This document shows, in pieces, positions 53,362 through 63,121 of a stretch of DNA of 64,000 nucleotides (positions are counted from its first letter, which is position 1; the number at the start of each line of letters is the position of its first letter). The notes below the pieces were generated by a model. It was given only the letters and a program-made list of their open reading frames with translations, was not told the DNA's origin and made no database searches. Made by a program: the position numbers and the translations under genes. The DNA comes from Capsulimonadaceae bacterium. Its GTDB lineage: Bacteria; Armatimonadota; Armatimonadia; Armatimonadales; Capsulimonadaceae. The DNA lies in assembly GCA_965215505.1 (NCBI GenBank), contig OZ244065.1, positions 3,904,001 through 3,968,000 on the forward strand, given 5' to 3'.

Positions 53362-56300
53362 ATGCTCGTTAGTTCCACCCTCGTCCGCCGCCTCGCGCGC
53401 CGGGTGAGTCCCCCGCTGCTGGGGGGCCTCGTGGCCGCCGCCGCGCTGCTCGGGGCCGCCCCCGCGCGGGCCGCCACGCTGCTCGTCACCGACACCAGCG
53501 ATGTCGCCACCGACGCAGGCTCACTCCGCCATGCGGTCAATGCCGCCCTCCCCGGCGACACCATCACCTTCGCGCCCAGCGTCACCGGCGTCATCACGCT
53601 CTCCCCGGCCAACGGCTCCCTGACGCTCAACCCGCCTGCGGGCGGCACCGCGATCACCATCAGCGGGCCGGGCGCGAACGCGCTCGCCGTTGACGGCGGC
53701 GCGGCCTCCACGGTCTTCGCCGTCTCCGGCGGGGCGGTCGCCATTTCCGGGCTGACCCTCCAGAACGGCATGTCCCCCTACTACGCCCTCGGCGGCGGTG
53801 CCGTTGACGTGGAAGGCGGCGGCGCGCTGACGCTGACGGCCTGCACCCTCTCCGGCAACACCGCCCCGAGCAACGCGAGCGGCGGCGGCCTGTATGTGGA
53901 CTACGGCTGCTCGGCGACCCTCAAGGCCTGCGCGATCGTCGGCAACACCGCCTCCGACGGCGGCGGCGTCTACGTCAACGGGACCGTCTCGCTGCTGAAC
54001 TGCACGGTCGCCGGCAACGCCGCCTCCACGGCGGGCGGCGGCGTCTATGTGGACTTCAACGCCGGCGGCTGCGCCATCGCCTCGTCCACCCTCTCCGGCA
54101 ACACTTCCGCAGGCACGGGCGGCGGGCTGGAGGTCAGCTACGGCGCGGCCGCAAGCCTCGTCGGCAGCCTCATCGCCGGCAACACGGCCGGTAACAACGG
54201 CGGCGCGGTCACCCCCGGCCCCGACATCACCGTGGACAGCGTCAGCCCGACCTTCCACGGCGTCGTCACCTCGGGCGGCGGCAACCTGATCGGCATTGAC
54301 GACGGCGGCACCAACGGCGACGCCGCCTATGCCGGCAATGACTCCGTGGGCACCGCGGCGCACCCGATCAACCCCCGGCTCGACCCCGAAGGCCTCAAGA
54401 TGAACGGCGGCCCGACCCCGACCGTCGCCCTGCTGCCCGGCAGCCCCGCCCTGGACCTGGTCCCGGCGAAGGCCGCGCCCGTCACCGACCAGCGCGGCGC
54501 ACTGCGGAACGTCTCCGGCGACGGCAAGAGCGACTGCGGCGCGTTTGAGGCTCAGGCCAACGACAGCATCACCGACCTGACCGTGAACGCCAACCCGGCC
54601 CTCCAGGGGCAGAATGTGACTTTCACCGCCCGCGTCTACACCTTCACCGGGACGCCGACCGGGAGCGTCAAGTTCGCCACAGGCGGGCAGACGGCCACCG
54701 CCCCCGTCAGCGCCTCGGGCACGGCGGCCCTCACGACCAACGCCCTGAGCCTCGGCTACCACGCCGTCACGGCCGCCTACTCGGGCGATACCCGCTTCCG
54801 GGCGAGCCAGTCCGCGCCGCTGACCGAGCACATCCTGTACGCATCTAAGACCCTTAAAGTCACCGACAAGTCGGACAACCCGAGCGACCCCGGCTCGATC
54901 CGCTCGATCGTCAACAACGCCCAGCCGGGCACCTCGGTCACGTTCCCTAACCTCTCGGGCACGATCACGCTGACGAACGGCCCCCTGGTCGGCGGCGACC
55001 TTTCCCTCCTCGGGCCGGGCGCGGGGAGCCTGACCCTTGACGGCAACCGGAACGGCTCCGTCCTCGTCATCACCGGCGGGACGGTCAGCATCTCGGGCCT
55101 GACCTTCCAGAACGGCCTGACGACCGGGGTGGGGGGCGGCATTGACCAGGAGGCGGGTACGCTGACGCTGACAGACTGCACCCTGATCGGCAACACCGCC
55201 AACTATGGCGGCGGCCTCTTCGCAGGCGGCACGGCGACCCTCAGCGGCTGCTCCATCACCGGCAACACCGGCAAGGGCGGCACCAGCATAGACGGCAGCA
55301 GCACGAGTGGCGGCGGCGGCGGCGTCTACGCCGCGAACCCCATCACCCTGACCGGCTGCACCGTGGCGGGCAACACGACCTCCGCCGACACCGGCTCCTA
55401 CGGCGGCGGGATCGAGGGCGCGGACGCCGTGACGCTTAACGCCTGTGCCGTCACCAAGAACACCGCCTCCGGCATCGGCGGCGGCGTCTACGCGGCCGGC
55501 ACCCTGGCGGTCAACGCCTGCTCCGTGCAGGGCAACACGTCCTCGGTGGACGGCGGCGGGCTGTACGGCTTCGGGGCCGTCACCCTCGCCTACAGCTTGG
55601 TGCAGGGCAACACCGCCGCGCGCGACGCGGGCGGCCTCTACGCCAACGGCGCGCTCACGGCTCCCTACAGCGCCCTGCTGGGCAACACCTCCAGCAGCGT
55701 CGGCGGCGGCGTCTACACCGGCGACGCGGCGATCCTGACGGGCTGCATCGTCTCGGGCAACACGTCCCTCTTCTCCGGCGGCGGCCTCTTCGGCGCCGGC
55801 GCTTCGTCCGGCGGCTTCTTCGGTGCCCCCCCCGTCGCCGGGCCCCTGGTGAGCCTGACGGGCTGCACCGTGTCCGGCAACACGTCCACGGCCAGCTACG
55901 GCGGCGGCCTCTACCTCTCCGGCCCCCTGACCCTGACCGGGTCCACCCTCTCCGGCAACACGGCCGGCGAGGGCGGCGGTGGCCTCTACTGCTCCGACCA
56001 GACCCTCGTCGCCGACTGCACCCTCGCGAACAACGCGGCCCAGGGCGACAGCGGCGGCGGCCTCTACGACGACGGGTTCCTGACGCTGACCGCCTGCACC
56101 CTCACCGGCAACTCGGACCCTAAGTTCAGCGGCGGCGGCCTGTATGTGGATTACCAGCCCTACCAGCAGGTCACGGCCACCCTCCAGGCCGACCTGATCG
56201 CCAGGAACACGGCGGGCACCGACCCGGACGTCGCGGTCAGCACGTCGTTCTCCTCGACCGACCCGGACGCGCCGGTCGTGACCTCGAACGGCTACAACCT

Positions 56301-56589
56301 GATCGGAGTGGGCGGCGTCACCTACGCCCCCGCCCCAAACAAGAACGACCAGGTGGGGACGGCGTCGCGCCCGATCAATCCCCAGCTCGACCCGAACGGC
56401 CTCCAGTTCAACGGCGGCCTGACCCAGACCATCGCCCTGATGGCCGGCAGCCCCGCACTGGACAAGGTCCCAGCGAAGGCGGCCCAGGCCGCCGACCAGC
56501 GCGGCGCTCCCCGCCCCGGCAACAACGACGGCAAGGCTGACATCGGCGCCTACGAGGCCCAGCTCAAGAACTCCGGGAAGGGGCACTAG
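53362..56589 (+). CDS. Large secreted beta-helix repeat surface protein (choice-of-anchor Q-like domains with Ig-like linker)
   Basis: Signal peptide; GSLR.A; many GNTA..GGG repeats; two NGG.T.T.AL..GSPALD...DQRG...D.GA.E modules; central TAAYSGD Ig-like domain. Confidence 0.88.
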   Translation: MLVSSTLVRRLARRVSPPLLGGLVAAAALLGAAPARAATLLVTDTSDVATDAGSLRHAVNAALPGDTITFAPSVTGVITLSPANGSLTLNPPAGGTAITISGPGANALAVDGGAASTVFAVSGGAVAISGLTLQNGMSPYYALGGGAVDVEGGGALTLTACTLSGNTAPSNASGGGLYVDYGCSATLKACAIVGNTASDGGGVYVNGTVSLLNCTVAGNAASTAGGGVYVDFNAGGCAIASSTLSGNTSAGTGGGLEVSYGAAASLVGSLIAGNTAGNNGGAVTPGPDITVDSVSPTFHGVVTSGGGNLIGIDDGGTNGDAAYAGNDSVGTAAHPINPRLDPEGLKMNGGPTPTVALLPGSPALDLVPAKAAPVTDQRGALRNVSGDGKSDCGAFEAQANDSITDLTVNANPALQGQNVTFTARVYTFTGTPTGSVKFATGGQTATAPVSASGTAALTTNALSLGYHAVTAAYSGDTRFRASQSAPLTEHILYASKTLKVTDKSDNPSDPGSIRSIVNNAQPGTSVTFPNLSGTITLTNGPLVGGDLSLLGPGAGSLTLDGNRNGSVLVITGGTVSISGLTFQNGLTTGVGGGIDQEAGTLTLTDCTLIGNTANYGGGLFAGGTATLSGCSITGNTGKGGTSIDGSSTSGGGGGVYAANPITLTGCTVAGNTTSADTGSYGGGIEGADAVTLNACAVTKNTASGIGGGVYAAGTLAVNACSVQGNTSSVDGGGLYGFGAVTLAYSLVQGNTAARDAGGLYANGALTAPYSALLGNTSSSVGGGVYTGDAAILTGCIVSGNTSLFSGGGLFGAGASSGGFFGAPPVAGPLVSLTGCTVSGNTSTASYGGGLYLSGPLTLTGSTLSGNTAGEGGGGLYCSDQTLVADCTLANNAAQGDSGGGLYDDGFLTLTACTLTGNSDPKFSGGGLYVDYQPYQQVTATLQADLIARNTAGTDPDVAVSTSFSSTDPDAPVVTSNGYNLIGVGGVTYAPAPNKNDQVGTASRPINPQLDPNGLQFNGGLTQTIALMAGSPALDKVPAKAAQAADQRGAPRPGNNDGKADIGAYEAQLKNSGKGH

Positions 56590-56678
56590 CCCCGCCCCCG
56601 CCGGGGACTACCCGCTGGGGATCATCCGAAGACTGTCTGAAGATCATCCGGCGGGGCCACTCTGAGCATGACCGCGAC

Positions 56679-56717
56679 GACGGCCCGGACCTACACTGTA
56701 GGTCCGGGCCGTCTTTT
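56679..56717 (+). terminator. Intrinsic terminator
   Basis: gacggcccggacctaca-c-tgtaggtccgggccgtc followed by tttt. Confidence 0.7.
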
Positions 56718-56820
56718 CGCGCCGGGGAATGACGCCGGCCGGCGCAGTGGCCGGCAGGAAACGGGGACGCGGGCGGCGAATGAGTGTTGTGAGAGGGACC
56801 ACACTGCGGGAGGTGTCACC

Positions 56821-57630
56821 ATGAACCCAAAAAGAGGCGGCCACTCGGGCCGGCGCGGCGTCGGCCCCGCGTCCGGCTTCACCCTGACGGAGCTGCTCAT
56901 CGTCATCGCCATCATCGCGGTCCTCGCCGCGTTCCTGTACCCCGTCTTCCAGCATGTGCGCGACAACGCGCATCGGGCGACCTGCCAGAGCAACATGAGG
57001 CAGCTCGGCATCGCCCTGGTCCAGTATGTCACCGACAGTGACGAAGTCATGCCCCGGTCCTGGTACGGGCCGCCCATCTCCAACGGCCCCTCCGACCCCA
57101 CGGCGGGCAAGTACAAGTGGATGGACATCGCCTACCCCTATGTCCACAGCGAACAGGTCTTCACCTGCCCCGACGACCCCGCCGCCGGGGCGCACCCCTA
57201 CATCTATTACCGGAACCTCCCGGCCCCCAGCGACCACAACTACGGCACCTACCGCAGCAACTTCGCCTACTACCGCACCAGTTCCTACACGCCGCCCTTC
57301 TCCGACTTCAACCGGCCCGTGCCCCAGTCCGCCGTCCGCGTTCCGGCGGACACCGCCTGGATTCTGGAGGGGGACGCCGACCAGACCATCTACGACACCG
57401 CCTGGCGGGACGTGTCGCAGACGCCCGTCATCACGGCGGACAACCCGCGCCGCCTGCAAAACAACGCCGACCCCGCCCGCCAGCGGGCCGTCGCCCGCCA
57501 CGGCGGCCTGACCGACGTGATCTGGTGCGACGGCCACGCCAAGGCGGTCTCTTTGGAGTACCTGGCCGCCACCCACACCATGCGGAACGGCGACAAGATC
57601 CTGTACCGCTTCACCATACAGGACGACTGA
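56821..57630 (+). CDS. Prepilin-type N-terminal cleavage/methylation protein with H-X9-DG motif (DUF1559-like)
   Basis: GGAGG RBS; GFTLTELLIVIAII; CQSNMRQLG; RHGGLTDVIWCDGHAK. Confidence 0.9.
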   Translation: MNPKRGGHSGRRGVGPASGFTLTELLIVIAIIAVLAAFLYPVFQHVRDNAHRATCQSNMRQLGIALVQYVTDSDEVMPRSWYGPPISNGPSDPTAGKYKWMDIAYPYVHSEQVFTCPDDPAAGAHPYIYYRNLPAPSDHNYGTYRSNFAYYRTSSYTPPFSDFNRPVPQSAVRVPADTAWILEGDADQTIYDTAWRDVSQTPVITADNPRRLQNNADPARQRAVARHGGLTDVIWCDGHAKAVSLEYLAATHTMRNGDKILYRFTIQDD

Positions 57631-57631
57631 T

Positions 57632-57949
57632 TCACCATACAGGACGCCTGAATGCCCGCCGGGGGCGCTTCTTCAGCCGGTGCAGGATCTTCGGGTTCCG
57701 GTAGGTCGTCACCAAAGCGCCCCCTTGGGAGACGACGGCGACGGTGCCGTGGACGCGGGCGGCGTACTCCGCGCCCACCCAGAGCGGGATGTCGCGGCGG
57801 CGCAGATAGTACAGCACCGCGCCGGTGACGTGCAGGCGGGTCCCGTAGCGCAGGGTGAGGTCGAGCTGGTCGTCGGTGATGCCGCGCCGCCTCTGTCGCT
57901 CGGCCCCGTGGCCGGTCGTGGCGAGGCAGGCAAATGAGGTGATTGTCAT
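57632..57949 (-). CDS. Small basic protein, DUF4258-like
   Basis: AGGAG RBS; TGHGAERQRRRGI...LRYG...LVTTY pattern. Confidence 0.65.
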   Translation of the reverse strand: MTITSFACLATTGHGAERQRRRGITDDQLDLTLRYGTRLHVTGAVLYYLRRRDIPLWVGAEYAARVHGTVAVVSQGGALVTTYRNPKILHRLKKRPRRAFRRPVW

Positions 57950-58060
57950 CGGTTTCTCCTGTTCCGTCGGGGCGTGCTGCTGTCCTACTCGCGGGGAACG
58001 CGCGGAACCGGAAAGCGCGCAGGAAAACCGCCCCCCCGTGAACAACTATCACGAACGCCC

Positions 58061-59581
58061 ATGATTGAACAGACAGCCACCCCGCACCCCCCCGATGCCG
58101 CGCCAATCCTGGAGATGTCGGGGATTCGAAAAGCCTTCCCCGGCGTCCGCGTGCTTGACGACGTTTCGCTCTCGGTCAAGCCCGGCGAGGTCCACGCCCT
58201 GATGGGCGAGAACGGCGCGGGCAAGTCCACCCTGATGAAGATCCTGGCGGGCGCGCTCCAGGCCGACGACGGACGAATCCTGCTCGGCGGCAAGGCCGTC
58301 CACATCGCCACGCCGCAGCAGGCCATGGACCTCGGCATCGGTATCATCTACCAGGAACTCAACCTCGCCCCGCACCTGTCCATCGCCGAGAACATCTTTC
58401 TGGGCCGTGAGCCGCGCCTGCTGCCGGGCTGGGTGGACGGGGCCAAAATGCGCCGCGAGGCCCAGGCGTTGATGCAGAACCTGGGCATGAACCTGGACGT
58501 CCGCACCCTCGTGGGCCGGCTGACCATCGCGCAGCGTCAGATGGTGGAGATCGCCAAGGCCACCAGCCGCAAGGCGCGCGTCCTGGCGATGGATGAGCCG
58601 TCGGCGACCCTGACCGCCCACGAACTCGAAAACCTGTGGCGGCTGATCCGGCAGTTGAAATCGCAGGGCATCGGCATCATCTACATCTCACACCGCATGG
58701 ATGAGGTGTTCCAGATCGCCGACGCCGTGACCATCCTGCGTGACGGCCGCATCGTCGGCAGCAGCCCCATCGGTCAGATCGGGCGCGACGATGTCCTGCG
58801 CCTGATGGTCGGGCGCGACCTGGACGAGACCTACCCCAAGGAACACGCCCCCATCGGGAAACCGGTGCTGGAAGTCCGGGGCCTGTCCCGGCGCGGTGTG
58901 TTGGAAAACATCAGCTTCACGGTCCGCGCCGGGGAGGTGGTCGCCCTGGCCGGCCTGGTCGGGGCGGGGCGGACGGAGATCGCCCGCTGCCTCTTCGGGG
59001 CGGATGCGTGGAGCGCGGGCGAGATGCTTTTGGAGGGCGTCCGGTTCGTGCCCAGGTCCCCGCATGAGGCCATCGCGGCGGGCATCGGGTTCGTCACCGA
59101 GGACCGCAAGGAGCAGGGGGTCGTCCTGAACCTGACCGTCCGCGAGAACGTCTCGCTCGCTTCGCTGCCGAAGGTTTCCAGGCTGGGCTTCGTCCGGCGC
59201 GGGGCCGAAAACGCCGAGGCGCGCGAGAGCGTCCAGCGCCTGCGGGTGCGGACGCCCTCGGTCGAGCAGAAGGTCGGCAACCTGTCCGGGGGCAACCAGC
59301 AGAAGGTCATCCTCGCCAAGTGGCTCCAGATCCCCCTGAAGCTGCTGATCCTGGACGAGCCGACGCGCGGCATTGATGTGGGGGCGAAGCGCGAGATCTA
59401 CCAGATCATGAACGAGCTGGCCGCGCGGGGCGTCGCGATTTTGATGATCTCCTCCGAGCTGCCCGAGGTCTTGGGCATGGCTGACCGCATCGTGGTGGTC
59501 CGCGACGGCCGCGTGGCCGGTGCCCTGGACCGGGCGGAGGCGACGCAGGAAAAGGTCGGGGCGCTGGCGCTGGCGGGGTGA
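58061..59581 (+). CDS. Sugar ABC transporter ATP-binding protein (RbsA/MglA-type)
   Basis: GENGAGKST, LSGGNQQK, DEPTRGIDVGAK; two ABC domains. Confidence 0.95.
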   Translation: MIEQTATPHPPDAAPILEMSGIRKAFPGVRVLDDVSLSVKPGEVHALMGENGAGKSTLMKILAGALQADDGRILLGGKAVHIATPQQAMDLGIGIIYQELNLAPHLSIAENIFLGREPRLLPGWVDGAKMRREAQALMQNLGMNLDVRTLVGRLTIAQRQMVEIAKATSRKARVLAMDEPSATLTAHELENLWRLIRQLKSQGIGIIYISHRMDEVFQIADAVTILRDGRIVGSSPIGQIGRDDVLRLMVGRDLDETYPKEHAPIGKPVLEVRGLSRRGVLENISFTVRAGEVVALAGLVGAGRTEIARCLFGADAWSAGEMLLEGVRFVPRSPHEAIAAGIGFVTEDRKEQGVVLNLTVRENVSLASLPKVSRLGFVRRGAENAEARESVQRLRVRTPSVEQKVGNLSGGNQQKVILAKWLQIPLKLLILDEPTRGIDVGAKREIYQIMNELAARGVAILMISSELPEVLGMADRIVVVRDGRVAGALDRAEATQEKVGALALAG

Positions 59582-59610
59582 GGGCGAGCGGCGGGGGCGG
59601 AGCAAAGGCG

Positions 59611-59934
59611 ATGCATGTCTACCAGCCGGTTGATTTGGTACTGGGGCTGCTTATGTCCCTGCTGGGCCTGCCGGGTGTCGGCCATGACTTGTACCGTATC
59701 ATCACCAAGCAGTTCAGGAACCGCTATGATGACTGGCGTTCCCTGACTTTGAGCGTGTGGTTCATGTCAGACGGCCCGGCCCATCTTTCCAAAGCGCTCG
59801 ATCCGCGGCATCAAGAGTCACACCGTACTGGCATTCTCACCACCGTTGCGGTATGTGTCTTCTGCGCCCTTGTAGCAGCCAGTAGTATCGCTTGGATCGT
59901 TTGTAGACGCCAGAGGTCACAACTGGCTGGGTAG
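59611..59934 (+). CDS. Small hypothetical membrane protein
   Basis: Hydrophobic segments; lower GC than neighbours; start 59578 or 59611. Confidence 0.45.
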   Translation: MHVYQPVDLVLGLLMSLLGLPGVGHDLYRIITKQFRNRYDDWRSLTLSVWFMSDGPAHLSKALDPRHQESHRTGILTTVAVCVFCALVAASSIAWIVCRRQRSQLAG

Positions 59935-59937
59935 AAA

Positions 59938-60062
59938 CACGGGGCTGAACCCCCGTGCTTCATAAGTGCAAGCCCGCGAGGGTAAGGGCGAAGATTTCGG
60001 TCCCTCTGATGCCCGCGCAGGCGTGGATTTGCTCTATTAAAGCCCAGGGGTTCAGCCCTGGG
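59938..60062. repeat. REP/MITE-like inverted pair
   Basis: cacggggctgaacccccgtgctt / aagcccaggggttcagccctggg. Confidence 0.6.
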
Positions 60063-60085
60063 TAAGCATCGGCACGAAAGAAACT

Positions 60086-62905
60086 ATGACGAAACAGACA
60101 TCACCCGCCCGCCTCCTCATCGCCCTCGCCCTGACCGCATCGGCTTGGAATGCGGCCCCGAGCTGCGCCGCCGCGCCCGCGCCGGGCGCTGCCTCCCCGA
60201 CCGCCAGCGTCAACCCGTTCGTCGGGACGGCGGGGCACGGGCACACCTACCCCGGCGCGACGGTCCCGTTCGGTCTGGTGCAGCTCAGTCCCGACACGCG
60301 CACGGAAGGGTGGGACGGCTGTTCGGGCTACCACTACGACGACACCACCATCCAGGGCTTCAGCCACACGCATCTGACCGGGACGGGGGCGGCAGACCTC
60401 GGCGATGTCCTGCTGATGCCGACGGTCGGGGACGTACACTTGAACGTCGGCATGCCCGGCGACGGCTACGTCTCGCGCTTCTCCCACGCCAACGAGACGG
60501 CGCACCCCGGCTATTACAGTGTCTTTTTGGAGGACCCGAAGGTCAAGGCGGAGCTGACGGCGACGGCCCGCGCGGGCTTCCACCGGTATACCTTCCCGGC
60601 CACGGACAGCGCCCACGTCGTTCTGGACCTCGTCCACGGCATCGGCTGCACTGTCTACGAGGCCGGGCTGACCGTTGAGGGCGGCGACACGATTTCCGGC
60701 TACCGCAAGACGCACGGCTGGGCCGGCGACCGGTCGGTCTACTTCGTCATGCGCTTCTCGCGGCCCTTCGACGCAGCGGGGATCGAACAGGACGGCACCC
60801 GGCTGGCCCCCGGAGCGCGCGAGGCGAAGGGCGCGCACCTCAAAGCGTTCGTGAACTATAAGACGACGGCGGGAGAGGCCGTGCTGGTCAAGGTCGGCAT
60901 CTCCGGGACCGGCATTGACGGCGCGCGCAGGAACCTGGATGCCGAGATCCCCGGCTGGGACTTCGACGGGGTTCGCAGACAGGCCGCCGCCCAGTGGGAC
61001 CGTGCGCTCGGCAAGATCGCCATCGAGACGCCCGACCCGCACCTGCGCGCGACCTTCTACACGAACCTCTACCAATCGTCGCTGGCCCCGACCCTGTTCA
61101 ACGACTCGGACGGGACGTACCGGGGGATGGACCGCAAGAACCACGCCGGGGGTGGCTTCCAGAACTACACCGAGATGTCGCTCTGGGACACCTTCCGGTC
61201 CGAGAATCCCTTGCTGACCCTCGTTCAGCCGGCCCGCGTGGGTGACATCGTGCATACCATGACCGCCGAACACAGCGAGCTGGGCCGGCACATGCTGCCG
61301 GTCTGGCCGCTCTGGGGCAACGAAACCTATTGCATGATCGGCTACCACTCGGTCCCGGTCATCACCGACGCCTACTTTAAAGGCTTCAAGGGCTTCGACG
61401 CCGAGGCCGCCTATCAGGACATGCGCGACACGGCCATGCAGGACCGCAGCGGCCTGGCCGACTACAAGACCTTGGGCTATGTCGCCTCCCGCCCCGGCCG
61501 GCAGGCGACCTCCTGGACTTTGGAATATGCCTACGATGACTACTGCCTCGGGCGCATGGCCGCCGCCCTGGGCCACCCCGGCGACGCCCGGCTCTTCTAC
61601 GGGCGGGCGGCGAACTACCGGCGCGTGTTCGACGGTGCGAGCGGCTTCATGCGCGGGCGCAAGAGCGATGGGTCGTGGCGGACGCCCTTCGCGGCCAACG
61701 GCCTGGTCAACGACGAATACACCGAAGCGGACGCCTGGCAGTATGCGTTTTCCGTCCAGCAGGACGTTCCCGGCCTGATCAAGCTGTACGGCGGCGATGC
61801 CGGGTTCCTGCATAAGTTCGCCGCCATGCTGGCCGCCAATTCGGCCTTCCACCCGTACCTCCCTGATATCACCGGCATGATCGGTCAGTACGCGCACGGC
61901 GACGAGCAGTGCCACCACGTCGCCTACCTCCCGAGCTACGCGGGCGCGGCCTGGAAGACGCAGGCGCTGGTCCGGCAGGTGATGAAGGCCTTCTACGACG
62001 ACACCCCGGCCGGCCAGTGCGGCAACGACGACTGCGGCCAGATGTCCGCCTGGTACGTCTTCAGCGCCCTGGGCTTCTTCCCCGCCAACCCCGCGTCCGG
62101 CGATTACGTCTTGGGCAGCCCGCTCGTCAGCCGGGCCGTCCTGCGCCTGGACCCCGCCTACTACCCCAACGCCAAAGGCCACACGTTCACCGTCGTCGCC
62201 CAGAACAACTCGGCCCGGAACGTGTACATCCAGTCGGCCGTGCTGAACGGCATGCCGCTCAAGCGGTCCTGGTTCACCCACGCCGACCTTGCGCGTGGGG
62301 GCGAACTGCGGCTGGTGATGGGGCCGAAGCCGAACAAGAATTGGGGCGCGGCACTCGCCGACCGCCCGCGGTCGGGGATGCCCGCCGGGATGGCCCTCCC
62401 CGCCCTGCCGATGCCCGCCTTGCCGCCTTCCCCGCCCGCGCGGCTGACCCTGCCCATCCGCCTGAGCGCGGCGGGCGGGGGCGGTTTCACCTCCGATGAG
62501 GCCTACACCGACGGCGGGAGCGCCCAGGGCGCGGCGGCGATTGACGTCAGCACCCCGAATGCCGCTCCTGCCGCCGTCTACTTGGGCGAGCGGTACGGGA
62601 CGCCTCTGGTCTACACCCTCCCCGTGCCGCCCGGCGGGCCGTACACGGTCCGGCTGCACTTCGCCGAGCTGTTCGACGACGGGCCGGGGATGCGGATTGA
62701 GGACGTCTCGATCAACGGGGCGCGCGTCCTGACCGGCTTCGAGATCTTCAAGGCGGCGGGCGGCCTGAACAAAGCCGTCGTGCGCGACTTCCCCGGCATC
62801 CGGCCCGACAAGGACGGCGACATCACCCTGTCGTTCGCCGCCACGGCGGCCAGCCCCGACCAGAACGCGAAGGTCAGCGGCATCGAGATCTTTAAGCAGC
62901 CGTAA
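60086..62905 (+). CDS. GH92 alpha-mannosidase with C-terminal malectin-like domain
   Basis: VNPFVGT..HGHTYPGA, FSHTHL, SLWDTFR, TLEYAYDD, GNDDCGQMSAW; C-terminal YTVRLHFAE...VSGIEI. Confidence 0.93.
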   Translation: MTKQTSPARLLIALALTASAWNAAPSCAAAPAPGAASPTASVNPFVGTAGHGHTYPGATVPFGLVQLSPDTRTEGWDGCSGYHYDDTTIQGFSHTHLTGTGAADLGDVLLMPTVGDVHLNVGMPGDGYVSRFSHANETAHPGYYSVFLEDPKVKAELTATARAGFHRYTFPATDSAHVVLDLVHGIGCTVYEAGLTVEGGDTISGYRKTHGWAGDRSVYFVMRFSRPFDAAGIEQDGTRLAPGAREAKGAHLKAFVNYKTTAGEAVLVKVGISGTGIDGARRNLDAEIPGWDFDGVRRQAAAQWDRALGKIAIETPDPHLRATFYTNLYQSSLAPTLFNDSDGTYRGMDRKNHAGGGFQNYTEMSLWDTFRSENPLLTLVQPARVGDIVHTMTAEHSELGRHMLPVWPLWGNETYCMIGYHSVPVITDAYFKGFKGFDAEAAYQDMRDTAMQDRSGLADYKTLGYVASRPGRQATSWTLEYAYDDYCLGRMAAALGHPGDARLFYGRAANYRRVFDGASGFMRGRKSDGSWRTPFAANGLVNDEYTEADAWQYAFSVQQDVPGLIKLYGGDAGFLHKFAAMLAANSAFHPYLPDITGMIGQYAHGDEQCHHVAYLPSYAGAAWKTQALVRQVMKAFYDDTPAGQCGNDDCGQMSAWYVFSALGFFPANPASGDYVLGSPLVSRAVLRLDPAYYPNAKGHTFTVVAQNNSARNVYIQSAVLNGMPLKRSWFTHADLARGGELRLVMGPKPNKNWGAALADRPRSGMPAGMALPALPMPALPPSPPARLTLPIRLSAAGGGGFTSDEAYTDGGSAQGAAAIDVSTPNAAPAAVYLGERYGTPLVYTLPVPPGGPYTVRLHFAELFDDGPGMRIEDVSINGARVLTGFEIFKAAGGLNKAVVRDFPGIRPDKDGDITLSFAATAASPDQNAKVSGIEIFKQP

Positions 62906-62920
62906 GGCGGGCACTCCCGG

Positions 62921-63030
62921 CGGGCGGTTAAAACCGCGCCAACAAAGGCACAAAGTCCACCTTTGTGGACTCCGACTTGAACCTGCGAATGCAGGTTTCG
63001 TGAACTCGTTGGCGCGGTTTCAACCGCCCG
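62921..63030. repeat. REP/MITE-like foldback element
   Basis: cgggcggttaaaaccgcgccaac / gttggcgcggtttcaaccgcccg with two internal hairpins. Confidence 0.7.
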
Positions 63031-63121
63031 CAAAAGCCGACACATCGGCCAGTCGCAAAGCGGGCAGGAGAATGACGCGCGAGGCGCGAACTCTGAGGAG
63101 TAATTCAAAGGAGACTGACAC

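Noticed and set aside
26541-62953. Long antisense ORFs 26541..29393, 36145..39033, 53521..56586 and 60101..62953
   Set aside because: Mirror frames of well-supported genes, expected with high GC3
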